64,000 bases of DNA from positions 1,396,217 through 1,460,216 of the forward strand of contig ML996690.1 in the NCBI GenBank assembly GCA_010356995.1, read 5' to 3'. Under the pieces are notes generated by a model. The model saw nothing but the letters and a program-made list of their open reading frames with translations, ran no database searches and was not told the DNA's origin. Of the stretch, positions 11,672 to 24,901 are shown piece after piece. This DNA is from Trichodelitschia bisporula. Taxonomy: Eukaryota. The first letter of the stretch is position 1, and each line of letters begins with the position of its first letter. The translations under genes and the position numbers were made by a program.

Positions 11672-14085
11672 ATGGCAATAGACGACTTTGTCTTCACCCT
11701 CTCTGATGCAGAGGGGGATCTCTCCGACGACGCCCCCGCTCAGGAGACTGAAACGCGCAAGCGCAAGCGCGGCGAGCAACACGCGGGGCAAACGAAGAAG
11801 TCGAAGCGAGTGGACTCAGACGACGAGGAGGATGCGCTGGCCTCGGACTTTGAGTTCCAGCTCGACGACGGCGTGGTCGAGGAATTCGACGGGTGGACGA
11901 ATGTTGATGCGAAGCCTGGCGACAAAAAGGCGGTTGATATCGATGGGATTATTGAGCGGCGCAGGGCGGCTACTACTAAGCGCGAGGCGAAGAAGAAGAG
12001 ACAGGCGGAGGAAAGGGGGGACTTTACTGGGTTTGATGATGAGGCTGGGGATACGTCGGATTCGGAAGCTACTGCGGAAGCGGATTTGGAGGCGGAGGAG
12101 AATATCGCGGACGACGATGCTTTGGACGCGGACGACGCCGCCTCTGCGTCTGACGCTGACGACGTAGCCTCGAATGTCGTCTCGGACGACGCTCTCGAGC
12201 CAGACGCCGACGCCGGTGCCGAAGACCATTCCGATACCGACTATGACTCCGATGCGTCCATCGCTAAGCCCGTCGCCCACCCCGACGACTTCGCCTCCGA
12301 CTCTGAAGAAGAAGAAGAGGACGATGCAGAGAAGCAGCGTAAAGCAGACTTTTTCGCACCGGAGCCGACCGACAAGGCCGTTGCCGTAAAAACTGGCTCC
12401 TTCCAGGCCATGGGCCTCTCGCGCCCGATCCTCAAGGGGCTCGCGGCCATTGGATTCACTGAGCCGACTCCCATCCAGGCCAAGGCGATTCCGGTCGCGC
12501 TGCTGGGGACGGACATTGTGGGTGGTGCAGAGACGGGGTCTGGCAAAACGGCAGCGTTTATGATTCCTATTCTCGAGCGTCTTCTGTATCGCTCGAAGAA
12601 GGTGGCGACCACGCGTGTTGCTATCCTGATGCCGACGCGTGAGTTGGCGGTGCAGTGCTTCGCCGTCGCAAAGAAGCTAGCCGCATTCACGGACATAACC
12701 TTCGCGCAGATCATCGGTGGTTTTAGCCTACGCGAGCAGGAACAGGTCCTCAAAAGGCGACCCGATGTGATCATCGCCACGCCAGGCCGCTTCATCGACC
12801 ACATGCGTAACAGCCCGTCGTTCGCCGTCGACGCCATGGAGATTCTAGTCCTCGACGAGGCGGACCGTATGCTCGAGGACGGGTTTGCCGATGAACTCAA
12901 CGAGATCCTAAATACCATCCCCAAGGCCCGCCAAACTATGCTGTTCTCTGCCACCATGACGGATAGTGTCGATAAGCTCATCCGCGTCGGCCTCACTCGC
13001 CCTGCGCGTCTTATGGTCGATGCAAAGCGCCAGGTTGTCTCGGGCCTGGTGCAAGAATTCGTGCGTCTCCGTCCAGGACGTGAGGACAAACGTCTCGCAG
13101 CGCTGGTGTGGCTCGCAGAGCACGCCTTCCACGACAAGACAATCGTATTCTTCCGGCAAAAGAAAGAAGCTCACAGAGTGCGCGTCGTCTTCGGCCTACG
13201 CGGCCTCAAAGCCGCCGAGCTCCACGGCTCCATGTCGCAAGAACAGGTACGCAACCCCCCTTCCCCGTCTTCATATCTTACTAATCCCGCTCCCAGCGCA
13301 TCGCAGCAGTCGAGTCCTTCCGCTCCGGCACCGCCTCCTTCCTCCTCGCCACGGATCTGGCTTCCCGTGGTCTGGATATCAAAAACGTCGCCACGGTGAT
13401 CAACTACGAGGCGCCGCAGAGCCACGAGATCTACTTGCATCGCGTGGGGCGCACAGCCCGCGCCGGCCGCACGGGTCGCGCGTGCACCATTGCCGCGGAA
13501 CCAGATCGCAAGATCGTTAAGGCGGCGGTGCGCGCCGCGAAGGCGCAGGGCGCGAAGGTCGTGAGTCGCGTGCTACCCGTTGCAGAGATCGATGCGCTGG
13601 CAGCTACGATCGAGGGCATGGAGGGCGAGATCGAGGCGGTGCTTAAGGAGGAGAAGGAGGAGAAGATCCTTGCTATCACGGAGCGGGATTTGAAAAAGGG
13701 CGAGAACTTGGTCGTGCACGAGCGGGAAATTATGGCGCGACCGAGGCGGACGTGGTTTGAGACTGAGGAAGAGAAGAAGAAGGCGCGGGCGGCGGGGCAT
13801 GCGGAGCTTAATGCGGGCCCTGGGGAGGTTATTGTTAAGACAGAGAGGAAGAGGTTGTCGAATAAGGATCGGAAGAAGATGGATACGAGGGATGAAAGGA
13901 AGGCGGGGTTGTGGAAGAAGGGGAAGACGGATCGGGTGCAGACGGGTCGCGTGGGGAAGCCGGCTGGGAAGTCGGGTGGGAAGAAGGTGGGCGGGAAGCC
14001 GGTCGGGAAGCCGGGCGGGAAGCCGGGCGGGAAGCCGGGGTTCAAGGGGAAGCCGAGTGGAAGGGGCAAGCCGGGGCGTAAATAG
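11672..14085 (+). CDS. DRS1: DEAD-box rRNA helicase Drs1 (intron 13247-13296)
   Basis: [10 protein letters not shown]-terminus, [69 protein letters not shown]. Confidence 0.94.
13953..14050 (+). repeat. 12-bp coding tandem repeat (GGGAAGCCGGGC-like; GKPG) in the Drs1 C-terminal tail
   Basis: About 8 degenerate units encoding [31 protein letters not shown]. Confidence 0.8.
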
Positions 14086-14351
14086 ACATTGCATACATAA
14101 GCTTGAATAGTAAGCCGGATTAATCACTTCATTGTCCTCCACTAGTTGTATACCACCGACACACACATCACGGCGAACAAGATCTAGCGGCCAGCATTGC
14201 GCAGGAATCGCCCGTAGGCTCCGCCCTAAAACTCCCAAAAAGTCAGCGGAGTACATTGATCAACTTCATGACACGAAAACACAAACGCCACCCGGTGCTC
14301 AGTTCTCTATTCCCAGCCCACAAACATGCATAATCAGCTTTTAGATACCCT

Positions 14352-15728
14352 TTACCTCCTCCGGTCGTAATCCCGCTCATCATACTTGCGTGACGAGCGA
14401 TGCCGATCCTCCCTAAGGTCATCTCTATCCCGTCTCCGCTCTCCGTTCCGATCCCGTCCGTCATCTCGCTCGCGCCGCTCGTCCTTGTGCCGGCGCTCGT
14501 CTTTGGACCGGCGCTCGTCTCTGTCCCGCCTTCCAGACTCTTCGCCCCGCCGCTCGTCCCTCTCCCGTCTCCCAGACTCATCGCCCCGCCGGCGGTGCCT
14601 ATCCCTGTCCGCTGAAGCGCTCCGCTCGCGATACTTCTGCTTCCGGTCCGAGTCCCGATCCTCGTCACGTCTGTGCCGCGTTTCCGCACGGGGGCGCTCC
14701 TCGTTCCTTTCGCGTTCACGCCGGTTCTCACCACCACGGCGACTCCCTTCGCGACTCCGATCGCTAAGCTCAACATCCCTAATCCTCCGCACCGTCCTCT
14801 CCTCATCCTCCGCCCGCCCATCCCCCTCCCCAAGCAACAGACCCTGTTGCTCCTTAACCTTCGCTTGCAGCTCCTCCTCCGTAAGCGTCTCGCCCGTCTT
14901 CTTATTCCGCAGAACAACAGGCGTGTACGCTGGCGCCGGCTTGCCCTTCTTCTCCGCCTTGCCCCACGCACCAATCTCAATCCCCAGCGCAGAAGCCGGC
15001 TTAGCACCCACACCGAGCAGTGCCGGGCGCCGCTCATTCACGCGCGGCTTAACCGTAGTCTGACCGCGCTTAGCCCCAACGGCATCGCCATCCTTCCACC
15101 CCATGCCGCGCAGCAGCGCAGCGCCAAATTCCTCAATAGGCACTGCAGTGTACTCGTCCAGTGTGGGGGGCCGCGGAGCACTCTCATAGTCTCGATGAAA
15201 GATTTGTTCCTCAGACAGCGCGGGGAGGACCATGCCTGAGGTACCTTGCTTGCCGAGCAGCGCATCGACGGCCTGCTCGTCAAGTGACTTTTCCTTCGCC
15301 GTTTCAGCTGCCTTCTCTTCCGTATCGTGTGCCGGGTCGGACGCCGCGCGCTCCGGCACCGTTAACCCGAAAGCCAGTTTCTTCGCCCGCGCGCGCTCCA
15401 CCGCTGCTTCGTCGGCCGCCGCCTGGTCGGCGGAGGGCAGGGCGCCAGTCTGCCGTTTGCGTTTGTCGCCGACGCGCCATGTGGGATTCTGGACCGGAAT
15501 AACAAGGGGCTGCTTTTCTTCGCGGGGCCGGTCGGAGTGGATGGCGCCGCCGGCAGCGAGATCGAAGTGCGAGACGGATTCGGTGCGGCCTTCGGCGTCG
15601 GAGTCGGAGTCTGAGTCGGCGAGCGCCTGGGTGTGGGTGTTCCTGCTGCGGTGGGAGGGGCGGTGGGGCCGAGTGGAGCCGGAGAGGGTGAGGGAGATTT
15701 TGTCTTTTGGGGCGGCGGGGAGAGGCAT
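14352..15728 (-). CDS. SPP2: G-patch splicing factor Spp2 (Prp2 cofactor)
   Basis: YTAVPIEEFGAALLRGMGWKDG and RRPALLGVGAK G-patch; Arg/Asp/Glu-rich C-terminus. Confidence 0.87.
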   Translation of the reverse strand: MPLPAAPKDKISLTLSGSTRPHRPSHRSRNTHTQALADSDSDSDAEGRTESVSHFDLAAGGAIHSDRPREEKQPLVIPVQNPTWRVGDKRKRQTGALPSADQAAADEAAVERARAKKLAFGLTVPERAASDPAHDTEEKAAETAKEKSLDEQAVDALLGKQGTSGMVLPALSEEQIFHRDYESAPRPPTLDEYTAVPIEEFGAALLRGMGWKDGDAVGAKRGQTTVKPRVNERRPALLGVGAKPASALGIEIGAWGKAEKKGKPAPAYTPVVLRNKKTGETLTEEELQAKVKEQQGLLLGEGDGRAEDEERTVRRIRDVELSDRSREGSRRGGENRRERERNEERPRAETRHRRDEDRDSDRKQKYRERSASADRDRHRRRGDESGRRERDERRGEESGRRDRDERRSKDERRHKDERRERDDGRDRNGERRRDRDDLREDRHRSSRKYDERDYDRRR

Positions 15729-15979
15729 TGTTGTGTGGTTGAGGTTGTGGAGGTTTGGTGAGAATGGAATGGCTTCGATGTTGGGTGATGCGCGGCGCCA
15801 AGGTCAGGGTGGCGTGAGTGTGGCTGAGGCTTGTTGACGACCACGACGACGTCTGTCGATTGTACAATGAAGCAACAGGCACAGGTCACTGGAATATGAT
15901 TTTGCACGGCAAATATGGCTTCACATTCGACCTTATCTCTGTAGCAACATCTGCAGAGCCACCCAGATATATTGTTTGA

Positions 15980-18756
15980 TTACTTCTTCGCAAACCGCTC
16001 AATCCGCTCCAGTTCCTCGTCAATCTTCTTGAACGACCACGAGGTCCACATCGGCGGGTAGAGGAATGGACGCAGGTCGAAGCGGTTGTCTGGAGGTTAG
16101 CGTGCCTCATCATGGGGAAGAGAGCTTTACCATCGGGCGAGTAGTCGTTGGAGTGCAGAGCTGGGGTCAGCGTCGTCATCTTGTGGCGGTTGATGGCGTA
16201 GAACTGCACCAGGTCAGTTTCTGAACCACTATCCAGGACTACACAAGACGTACGTGGTAGAACCGCTTCACCTTCTCCGCCACCTGACGCGGGTCGCGGT
16301 CCGTCCATTCATGGATCAGCCGCTGGAACATGCCGAAAGGGCCTACACTGTCAGCTAGATCTCGATCGTCCCATTAACGTACCCAGCTTGTGGACTTTGC
16401 GCAGGATTCCAAATTTCGAGAGCTCGTCGTATGTCATGCTGCGAGAGTCAGCTAGTGCGCACAAAATCGAGCGAGACGCACCCCATGTCGACTTCGTCCG
16501 ACTGCACGTAGTCCTTCGTAATCGGCTCCTACATCTGTCAGCCAGTCTCCAGATTGCTACAGGGCGTCCAACCAGTTCCGCCGTGGGGACAGCATCTAGG
16601 AAGCCACGCAGGATCGGGATGTTGAACGACTCTTCCGCCCAAGCGATGAAGCGCTTCAGGTCAGACTTGTCGATACTCCCAATGGGGTTGATGTCAGCGG
16701 AACTGCAGTCGTACTTCGTGTAGTAGCCTCGCAGGGCTTCACCGACGTTGGCAGAGCCTAATACGAGGAGACCCCCGCCACCCGGCCGCTTGCGAACGGT
16801 CGGAATGAGCTGCGCAAATTCGTAGGCAGAGACCATTCTCGAGCGGGCTTGAATGCTGCACTGGTTAGCTCCTGAATCACTGACAGCACAAAGCTCGTCA
16901 TACTTTTGCAACGCCAGATTCTCCGCCACTGAGCCTCCCTCCGTCTTGAACCGCGGTTCGAAGTTCAGTGCCGAAGCTACCAAGTTCTTCTGCGCATGAT
17001 AGATCTCGTCAATGTCGCAGTTGATGTGGTATGAGCCAATCTCCTCCGCCAGCTCCCGCGCCCGGCCCCGCGTCTCCGCACTGCTTTGCTGCGACATCCC
17101 CATATATACGGTCGAGAAAACCTGCGAGCACAGCTCCTTCGCCGTCTTCGGGACTTCGTCGGAGTATTTGGCAATGCGCTTGACGTCGGCAAGGACCTGT
17201 TCATTCCCTGCCTCCAGCGCTTCGATCACCAGCCGGCACATGGAGAACACGGTCATCGCCGTTGCGCAGCTGTCGATACCGCCAGACAGTGGAACGAGAT
17301 ATCCAGCCGCGCCGGACCGCCGCAGGTAGTCCCACAGCCAGCACCCGGTCGACATGGCGATTTCCTCCTCCGGCCGGTGATAGCGCGGCGTGATTACGGG
17401 GGTGGGCGGGAGGTGCGCGTTCAAATTATCATCCTCGTCGGAAAGACTAAAGTTCGCCTCGATGCGCTTGTACTGAGCCTCCTGGGTAACGGCCTGCAGG
17501 CCTCGCGACGGGGAGAATCGATACGAACGAACCTCTTCGAGGTCGATGGTCGCGGTAAGGACTTCAACGTCAGTAAGCGAGAACTGCGAGCCCTGTGTCA
17601 GGAGTTGTCCGTTGCAGATGATCATGCAGCTGCCGTCGTAGTACAGGCGGTCTCCGTCACAGCCTTGTTGGTTAGCGTACAGGTACACGCCACCGTTCTT
17701 GCGCGTGGCCTCCATGATGAGCTGGATGCGGGTATCCAGCTTGCGCAGCGTGTGGTGCGAGCCGCTGGAGTTGGTCATGACTTCGACGCCATTCAGCGAC
17801 ATGTGGTTGTGCGGTGAGTCGGGCGTGAAGAGCTCTTCGCAGGTTTCAGCACCGATACAGGTGTCCAGCGTGCTGATAACTGCATCGCCGATGGTGACCT
17901 TGGTCGCGCCTTGGAGTTTCTGGATCATACGCGGCAGATAGTAGTCTTCGCAGTGGCGAGGACGCGCCCAGGGAATGAAGTAACGCATCTCACGATAGTT
18001 GCCATCATTTGCCTAGTAGAATGAGTTATGCCTCTTTACGGTCTCAACTTACAAGCCAAAGCTTTGGGCGAATCCTGAAGGGTCAGCTGGCTTCTTAGCA
18101 TTGGAGATGCCCTACAGAAGAATCTTGCCGTCAAGACAAATTACACGACAGTTGAAGCGGTTATTGCGGTGCATGATCGGCATCCTTTGCTGTTAGCCGG
18201 AGCCTCATGAGCCGAAGCCGTCATACCCGATGTCCTGTTTCAATTAGCTACTTGTAATGGTAGGCTCGTCTAGCACGCACCAGCATGATACCGTGGCAGG
18301 ACTCATCACGAAGGATACGCTCGAGCATCTGGAAGGAATGCAGATAGAGGTCATCTAGAGAGCATGAGCGGGAGTCTCCAAGCGGATATGAAGTCGTACT
18401 CTCAAGAAGATGATCGAGACAACCATATCCACCTAGACGTATTAGAATCAAGTTGAATCTTTATACAGTTGCACGATACATATTTCAAGCTGCTTCATAT
18501 TAGCCTTATAACACACATGGATCAAGGCGACCAACCTCCGGGCCAACTCTCAGCTTCGCCCCAGCTTCTTTGGCAATCCGAATGGACTCAATAATGCGCT
18601 GGACATTGCCTATGGATTTTAGTGAATATGCATTCGAATCGATAGAGCACAAGCTGATCCGATAGCTTTTGATACCAATGCGGGGTGCTATCTACCTTCC
18701 CAGTCCAGAGCCCACTGATTGAGCGAGCACGTCGCAACGGTGATCAAGTGCCCCAT
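15980..18756 (-). CDS. QNS1: Glutamine-dependent NAD+ synthetase (14 introns including 8- and 10-nt micro-exons)
   Basis: Manual splicing gives MGHLITVATCSLNQWALDWEGN..GPELEICGYGCLDH..IRPKLWLANDGNYREMRYF..ETCEELF (nitrilase E-K-C triad), PLSGGIDSCAT, TKYDCSSADINPIG, and end DDNRFDLRPFLYP..FAKK*. Confidence 0.95.
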
Positions 18757-19470
18757 GGTGAGGACTATTCACGTCAGGCCCACCTGTCGGTTGCTCGGTG
18801 TTGCTGTTTGTCAGGAACGGATTACTGACAGATTCAGTGAAGAAGAAGGTGTCGTCACCTAGACTGGCAGTCAATGGTAGTCACTAGTTCTAACAGTCAC
18901 TTTACACGCACCCCGGCCGATTTGCGGACAGGCACGGCTACTGGCAGCCGAAGATCCTTTTGAAAATTGTACCTCGTAGAGAGTTAATTTGGAGCAAGGC
19001 TGCACTACGTACAAAGAATTTTTCCAATGCTTCTCCACGTTCTATGTGAACCGGCACCTCGAAATGCCGGCCCTATATACAAAAGCCATTGATGTCGGCA
19101 TCAATTGCGCCACCGCTTGCCTGAGAAGGAGAAACGGGAGGTTTACTGTGTCTTTCCAACCTCATGCCATCTTTCGCCCTTACTCACCGGTACTCTACAG
19201 TCGAAGTGCCACTGTAAGTATGTGCAACGCCTGATGAGCAACTTTTTTTTTTGCCTCTGGTCCACAAGTCATCTTCTCCCCTTGCACCACACCCCCACAA
19301 CCCCCCTGACGCCATCGCCGCAAGCCTGACGCAGACGTGCATGGCATAATAGGGCGTCTGCCCCGCAAAGATCTTGACCCCACCATAAGTACGGCCACAC
19401 ATTCACCAGTTCAAACAATCCATTCAACTTACAGTACATTCATCATCTCACATCACTAACGTATTCAATC

Positions 19471-20979
19471 ATGTCTTCAGCTCAAGATATAGTACCTCGC
19501 GTCAATAAGACGTCGCGCTCCGTCTCTAACAGCTGGACCAACAATCTGTCAACCTCGCCCACCGTAGCCTTCCATTCATCTCAAACAAGCAACATGGTGC
19601 GCAGAAATACAAAGCCGCTGCAGCGGTTCGAGACCAAGGAAGTCAAGGTCTTGCTGCTGGAGAACGTCAACGAAACTGGCGTGGACATCCTCCGCGGCCA
19701 GGGCTACCAGGTTGAGACGGTGAAAAGCTCGCTGTCGGAAAACGAGCTGATCGAGCGCATTTCGTACGCAGCCTGTACTGCAATAAAGATTAAAGTCCAG
19801 CTAACATAAACTCCCACAGTGACATCCACGTCATCGGCATCCGCTCCAAGACCAAGCTCACCGCGCGCGTCCTGAATGCCGCGAAGAACCTCCTCGTCAT
19901 CGGCTGCTTCTGCATCGGCACCAACCAAGTCGACCTCAAGACGGCAGCCTCGCACGGCATCGCCGTCTTCAACAGCCCTTTCTCCAACTCGCGCTCCGTC
20001 GCCGAACTCACCCTCGCTGAAATCGTCGCTCTGGCGCGGCAACTCGGCGACCGCAGCATGGAGCTGCACAAAGGCATCTGGAACAAAGTGTCAGCCGGCT
20101 GCTGGGAGGTGCGCGGCAAGACCCTCGGCATCGTCGGCTACGGCCACATCGGCTCGCAGCTCAGCGTGCTGGCTGAATCCTTCGGCCTCAGCGTCATCTA
20201 CTACGACGTGATCCCGCTCATGGGCCTGGGCACCGCAAAGCAGGTCGACAGCCTGAAGACGCTGCTCTCGAGCTCCGACTTCGTCAGCCTGCACGTCCCC
20301 GAGCTCGCGGAGACGAAGGGTATGATTGGCGCCGAGGAGCTGGCTGCCATGCGCGACGGCTCGTATCTCATTAACAATGCGCGCGGCTCCGTTGTCGATA
20401 TTCCCGCCCTGGTGAATGCGATCCGCTCCGGCAAGCTCGCGGGCGCCGCTATCGATGTCTACCCCCACGAGCCGGCGGGCAACGGGCCGTACTTCAACGC
20501 CCAGGCGCTCGACACCTGGGCTTCGGATCTGCAGACGCTGCCCAACGTGCTGCTGACCCCGCATGTGGGCGGCAGCACGGAGGAGGCGCAGAGTGCGATT
20601 GGCGTCGAAGTCGGACACGCACTTGTGCGCTACGTCAACGAGGGCAGCACGCAGGGCGCTGTGAACATGCCTGAGGTGAACCTGCGGTCGTTGACGATGG
20701 ACGAGCCGGACCATGCCCGCGTCATCTTCATCCATAAGAATGTGCCTGGTGTGCTGCGCAATGTTAACAAGGTGCTCGAGAACCACAATGTCGACAAGCA
20801 GATGACGGATAGCCGTGGCGACGTTGCGTATCTCATGGCTGATGTCAGCGGGGTTACTCAGGAGGAGATGAAGACTCTGTATCAGAGCCTGGAGGATCTT
20901 CAGTGTATGTCTGCCATCGTCCGCTTGACCGTGGTACTAACAACTTTTAGCGCGCATCCGGACGAGAATCCTTTACTAA
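19471..20979 (+). CDS. SER3: D-3-phosphoglycerate dehydrogenase with C-terminal ACT domain (introns 19764-19819, 20905-20950)
   Basis: KVLLLENVN, GCFCIGTNQVDL, GIVGYGHIG, TPHVGGSTEEAQ, HKNVPGVL; ends RIRTRILY*. SER3/SER33 family. Confidence 0.94.
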
Positions 20980-21237
20980 GGGATGGACGGAGAGGGCATT
21001 CAACATGGCGTTTTGGCAGGTTGAGCGGGCTCCTCAACTCACGATTCAACAGGCATAGAAAAAAGGGGTTAGGGAAAAGCTTTCTTTGGTGGCGTAGACC
21101 ACCTTAATAGAACGTTTGGTTCTGGTGATACGATACTGCGTTCTCTGTGATCCTGGAGTGCTATTATCAGCTTCGCATTAGTATTCCTTCAACGCCAATG
21201 CCGCCGTCAAACCGCTCAAGATGAAGCCGAGCAGCTC

Positions 21238-22307
21238 CTAGCACTGAAACGACACTCCTTCCCGCTCAACCATATTCTTCCCTCCGCCAGCAAATCCCGT
21301 ACCGTCAGACCGAATCTCCACGAGACCAGGCTTAACACCCTCCTTCCCCTTCTTCTTTTTCTTCTTCCCCTCCTTCCCCTTGGCCTCCTTCGCGCCTTCC
21401 TCCTCGCCACCCCCCGTAAGATCCGCCTCACAAACATAACACCTCACGCCCTCCCCCTCCCCTTCAACTAACCTCTCCCCCCCATCCTTCTTCACCAAAA
21501 ACTTATCCGCACACGCCTTACACACCACATGCCCACACGGCACCGCCAACACCCCCTTCGTCGAATTCGACAGCCCCTTCCGACAACTAGGACACGCCGG
21601 CACCTCCTCTCTCGTCTTGGGGTCCGACTCGAGGCTGAAATGTATAGCCGTGAGTGTCTTCAACGACAATGCATGCGCGTTTGCCGGCGCCGATGCCGGA
21701 CATAAAGGGTGTAGTTTGGGCGGCTTCGCCGGCGCGGGCGCCGTGGACGGCGTCTGCGAGGGGATCCAAAAAGCCGGCATAGGTGCCTGTCCGTCAGTAC
21801 GCGTACACCCCGCTCAAAGGGCAACATACCCTCTCCCCAGCCACCCTCTTACGATCCCCACCCCCCTCCTCCGCCCCCCTCTTAAACCCTCTCATCCCCC
21901 CTCCCTCCCGCAACCCCGCCTGCACGCGCTCAAAATCCTCCACCTCCACCCTAACCCTCTCCTCCCTCTCTCTCTCCTCCTCCTCCCTTTCCAACTCCTC
22001 CCTCCTCACCCCCTGTTTCTCCAGCCTCGCAATCTCCGCCCGCTGCGCAAGGAGATTCTCGACCGCGCACTCGCGGCAAAAGACATCGCCGGCGGGACAG
22101 GCGACGGGATCGCGGGCGGGGAGGAGACAGAGCGTGCAGGAGCCGAAGGGGAGGAAGGCGTCGCGTGCGAGGCGGGTTTTGCGCGTGCCCCAGGCGGTGC
22201 GGAGGAGGGAGCGTTCGTAGCCGGTGAAGAAGGCGAGGGAGGTGTTGCGTTTGCCTGGAGGGGTTAATCAGAGGATTGAGAGGTGGAGGGGACGTACTGT
22301 GCGCCAT
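21238..22307 (-). CDS. NOSIP-like U-box/RING protein (introns 22255-22297, 21787-21829)
   Basis: Starts MAH|..[56 protein letters not shown]; end [23 protein letters not shown]. Confidence 0.88.
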
Positions 22308-22761
22308 GGGGTGCGGGTATGCGTGGTGAGTATGGGTGACGAGTTTGTAGAGTCTGTAGAAGGCGGAGATGAAGTCGGAGACGGAGGCGGTGTTGGGCTG
22401 GAGATGTCGTGCACGGCCACGGCTGGGGCCGATGTGTGGCTGCTGCGTGGCTTGACGACGCCACGATGTTGACGTCGTCTGCTTTTTTAGTGACTTCGCT
22501 CGGTACATCGTACCTCATGTTGATATACCCCACATGTCCAGTCTTTTGAACCAACTCACTACAGCATGGCTGAGAGCGAGGTTGATTTTTTGACGAGTCT
22601 CGTTACTTGTGGGTTCATAACATAACGACTACGTCTCTTCGCAGAGGGAAGCTCATAAGGTTAACTTAATAGTCATCAAACAGATCGATTCATAGGGTAT
22701 CAAAACACTGCTGACGATCAAAATATGCAGATACTGCGAAGCGGGCCACTTGATCCACCAC

Positions 22762-24398
22762 TTATGTCTCCTTCAGCACAGCGTCTGCCCCCGTAACCTT
22801 CGTCAGGAACTTTTTCGCCTTCTCAATCTTCAAATCTTCCTCTGCCTTTGCCTCAGATGCCAGCTCCTCCGCCGTCTTTGCGTCCGCCTCATAACCCTCG
22901 GTCTTCATATCCGTCAACCCCAGGTCCTCTTCCTCCTGTGCCGTCCGCTCATACTCCTCCACCTTCATCTGGGCATCCGGCTCCGGCGCCGCGAAACTCT
23001 GCACATAGCTGCTAGCAAGCGGATCCTCCAGAGTGAGTGTAAAGGGCACCTCGCCCTTGATAGCGCGGTTGAGCCGGTCAAAGAAGCTGTCCCACTTCTT
23101 GCGCTCCTCCGAGACGAGCGAGTCACCACCGCCAGCGCTAGCTGCGTCGAAAATGCTCGAGTGCAGATCGTCACGCACCTGCGTCAACAGGCCCTCGATC
23201 GTAGTAAACCGGCCGCCTAGCGTGCCAGGCTCGACCGACAGGTCCAGTTCCGGACAGGACATGGCGCAGGATTCGGCCTTGAGGATGTCGCGAGAGAGAT
23301 CCCCAACTGTTTTAACGTCGACAGTGATGCGACGGCCCTTTTCGGGGACCTCGCCGCCTGTCTTGACTTCATTGGAGCGATCTAAAATGGTTAGCAGATG
23401 CAAACGAGATGTTACAGTTCAGACTTACAGCCACAATGTTCGCATACCGTGCTCATCAACACGACTTGCTTGAAGTGGGGGATGTTCACCATCTTCATGT
23501 TCGTGACGCAGTGTTTAACGCATCCTGGACACGTCGCGGGGAATGAGTAGACCAGATTTTCCACGATATCCTCGTCAACGTTGTTCACCATGGGCTGTGC
23601 AGGCATCTCAGGGAACATCTGCGTGGCGTGGTACTCAGGGCGCATCTCCGCCTTATCGGATTCCGCTGCTTCGCCCAGTCCCAGACTGGCGTTTTGTTCA
23701 GCCGTTCGCGCGTAGTCGCTGCGGATGTACTTCTTGCCCTTGTCGCTTGGAGACGGCTCTATCCAAGAATTGCCGGCAGGATCGTCGACAGATATAGTGA
23801 AAGGAAACTTTTCAGCCGTGGACATGGCTTTGAGAGTGGCGATGATTTGCTCGAGCTTCTCGTAGACCTCAGGGACGACTTCTTTGCGCTCCTCCTGCTT
23901 CTCAGCCAAATCGCTGGCCACCATGCTAATTATGCCTTCCACGTTGGTCAACTGGCCGCGACCCGGCGGAATCTCGAGATCGATATCCTCTACGCGGAAT
24001 ATGCAGGTGTCGCTCTTGACCACTTGTCGATTGAGGTCGTCCTTGCTGTCTACCCTGAACACAAATTTATGGCCGCGCTGCTGGATTTCACCCGCGGGCT
24101 GGACCTCGGTGTTGTGGAAGCCGCATTCGGGGCAGTCGAAGGACATGATTATGATCTCGCGGAAGAAGGGAATGCGGGTGAGGAGGAGTCGCGTGGTGCC
24201 CTTCTCTAGTAAGCTTCGTGCCAAACTAGCTTGATTAACAATACTCACGTTCTCATGGCAGTTCATGCACAAACTTTCGATCTCGTCAACCACTTTCGGC
24301 TCGTCTTCGCTAACACCCTCCTTGCTGGCTTCTGCGACCTTGCGGCCCATGTCCTCGAAGAGGTCGGTTGCCAGATTAGGCGGAGGTTGAACAGCCAT
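22762..24398 (-). CDS. ZPR1: Zinc finger protein Zpr1 (two introns, about 24201-24249 and 23381-23428)
   Basis: IESLCMNCHEN|GTTRLLLTRIPFFRE..CPECG; second finger CPGC..IPHFKQVVLMSTVCEHCG; GTLGGRFTTIEGLL. Confidence 0.95.
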
Positions 24399-24901
24399 CT
24401 TAAGTGGGTGTGCGTCTGTGGAAGCTCGAGTGCTTCGTTGTACTTGTTCAAATTTGATACCTGCAGTGAGGTATAGCTAAAAAGATATCCACTTCGGTAT
24501 AGTACCAAGAGTAGGGAGTGGCAAGAAAATTCGAGTTACTTCCAGAGCGGATGAGTCGATCTCGAAAAAAGCTGGCGGGGGCGGGGCAGCGCCGCACCCG
24601 TAGTGGGAATCCCTGTAGAGTCAGCCCTACGAGTGCGGTGGGTGCAGCGATACAAGGCTGACTGCGATGCTATGAACATACACGTCAAAAAGCCTTTAGT
24701 AAAGCGTATTGCTACACAGACATTCCGCAGTTATCGGGGCTTGATGCTACTATCACGACCCAAGCCTGCCAACGTCGCCGCCTCGCCTGGTCAATTTTTG
24801 AGATCCTATCGGCCACCGTTCATTAGACAATGAATAACGGTGCCGCTCAGGACAGCAACAAGCCGACGTTCTTAGTTTACAGCAGCGCAGAGCTGCCTCC
24901 T

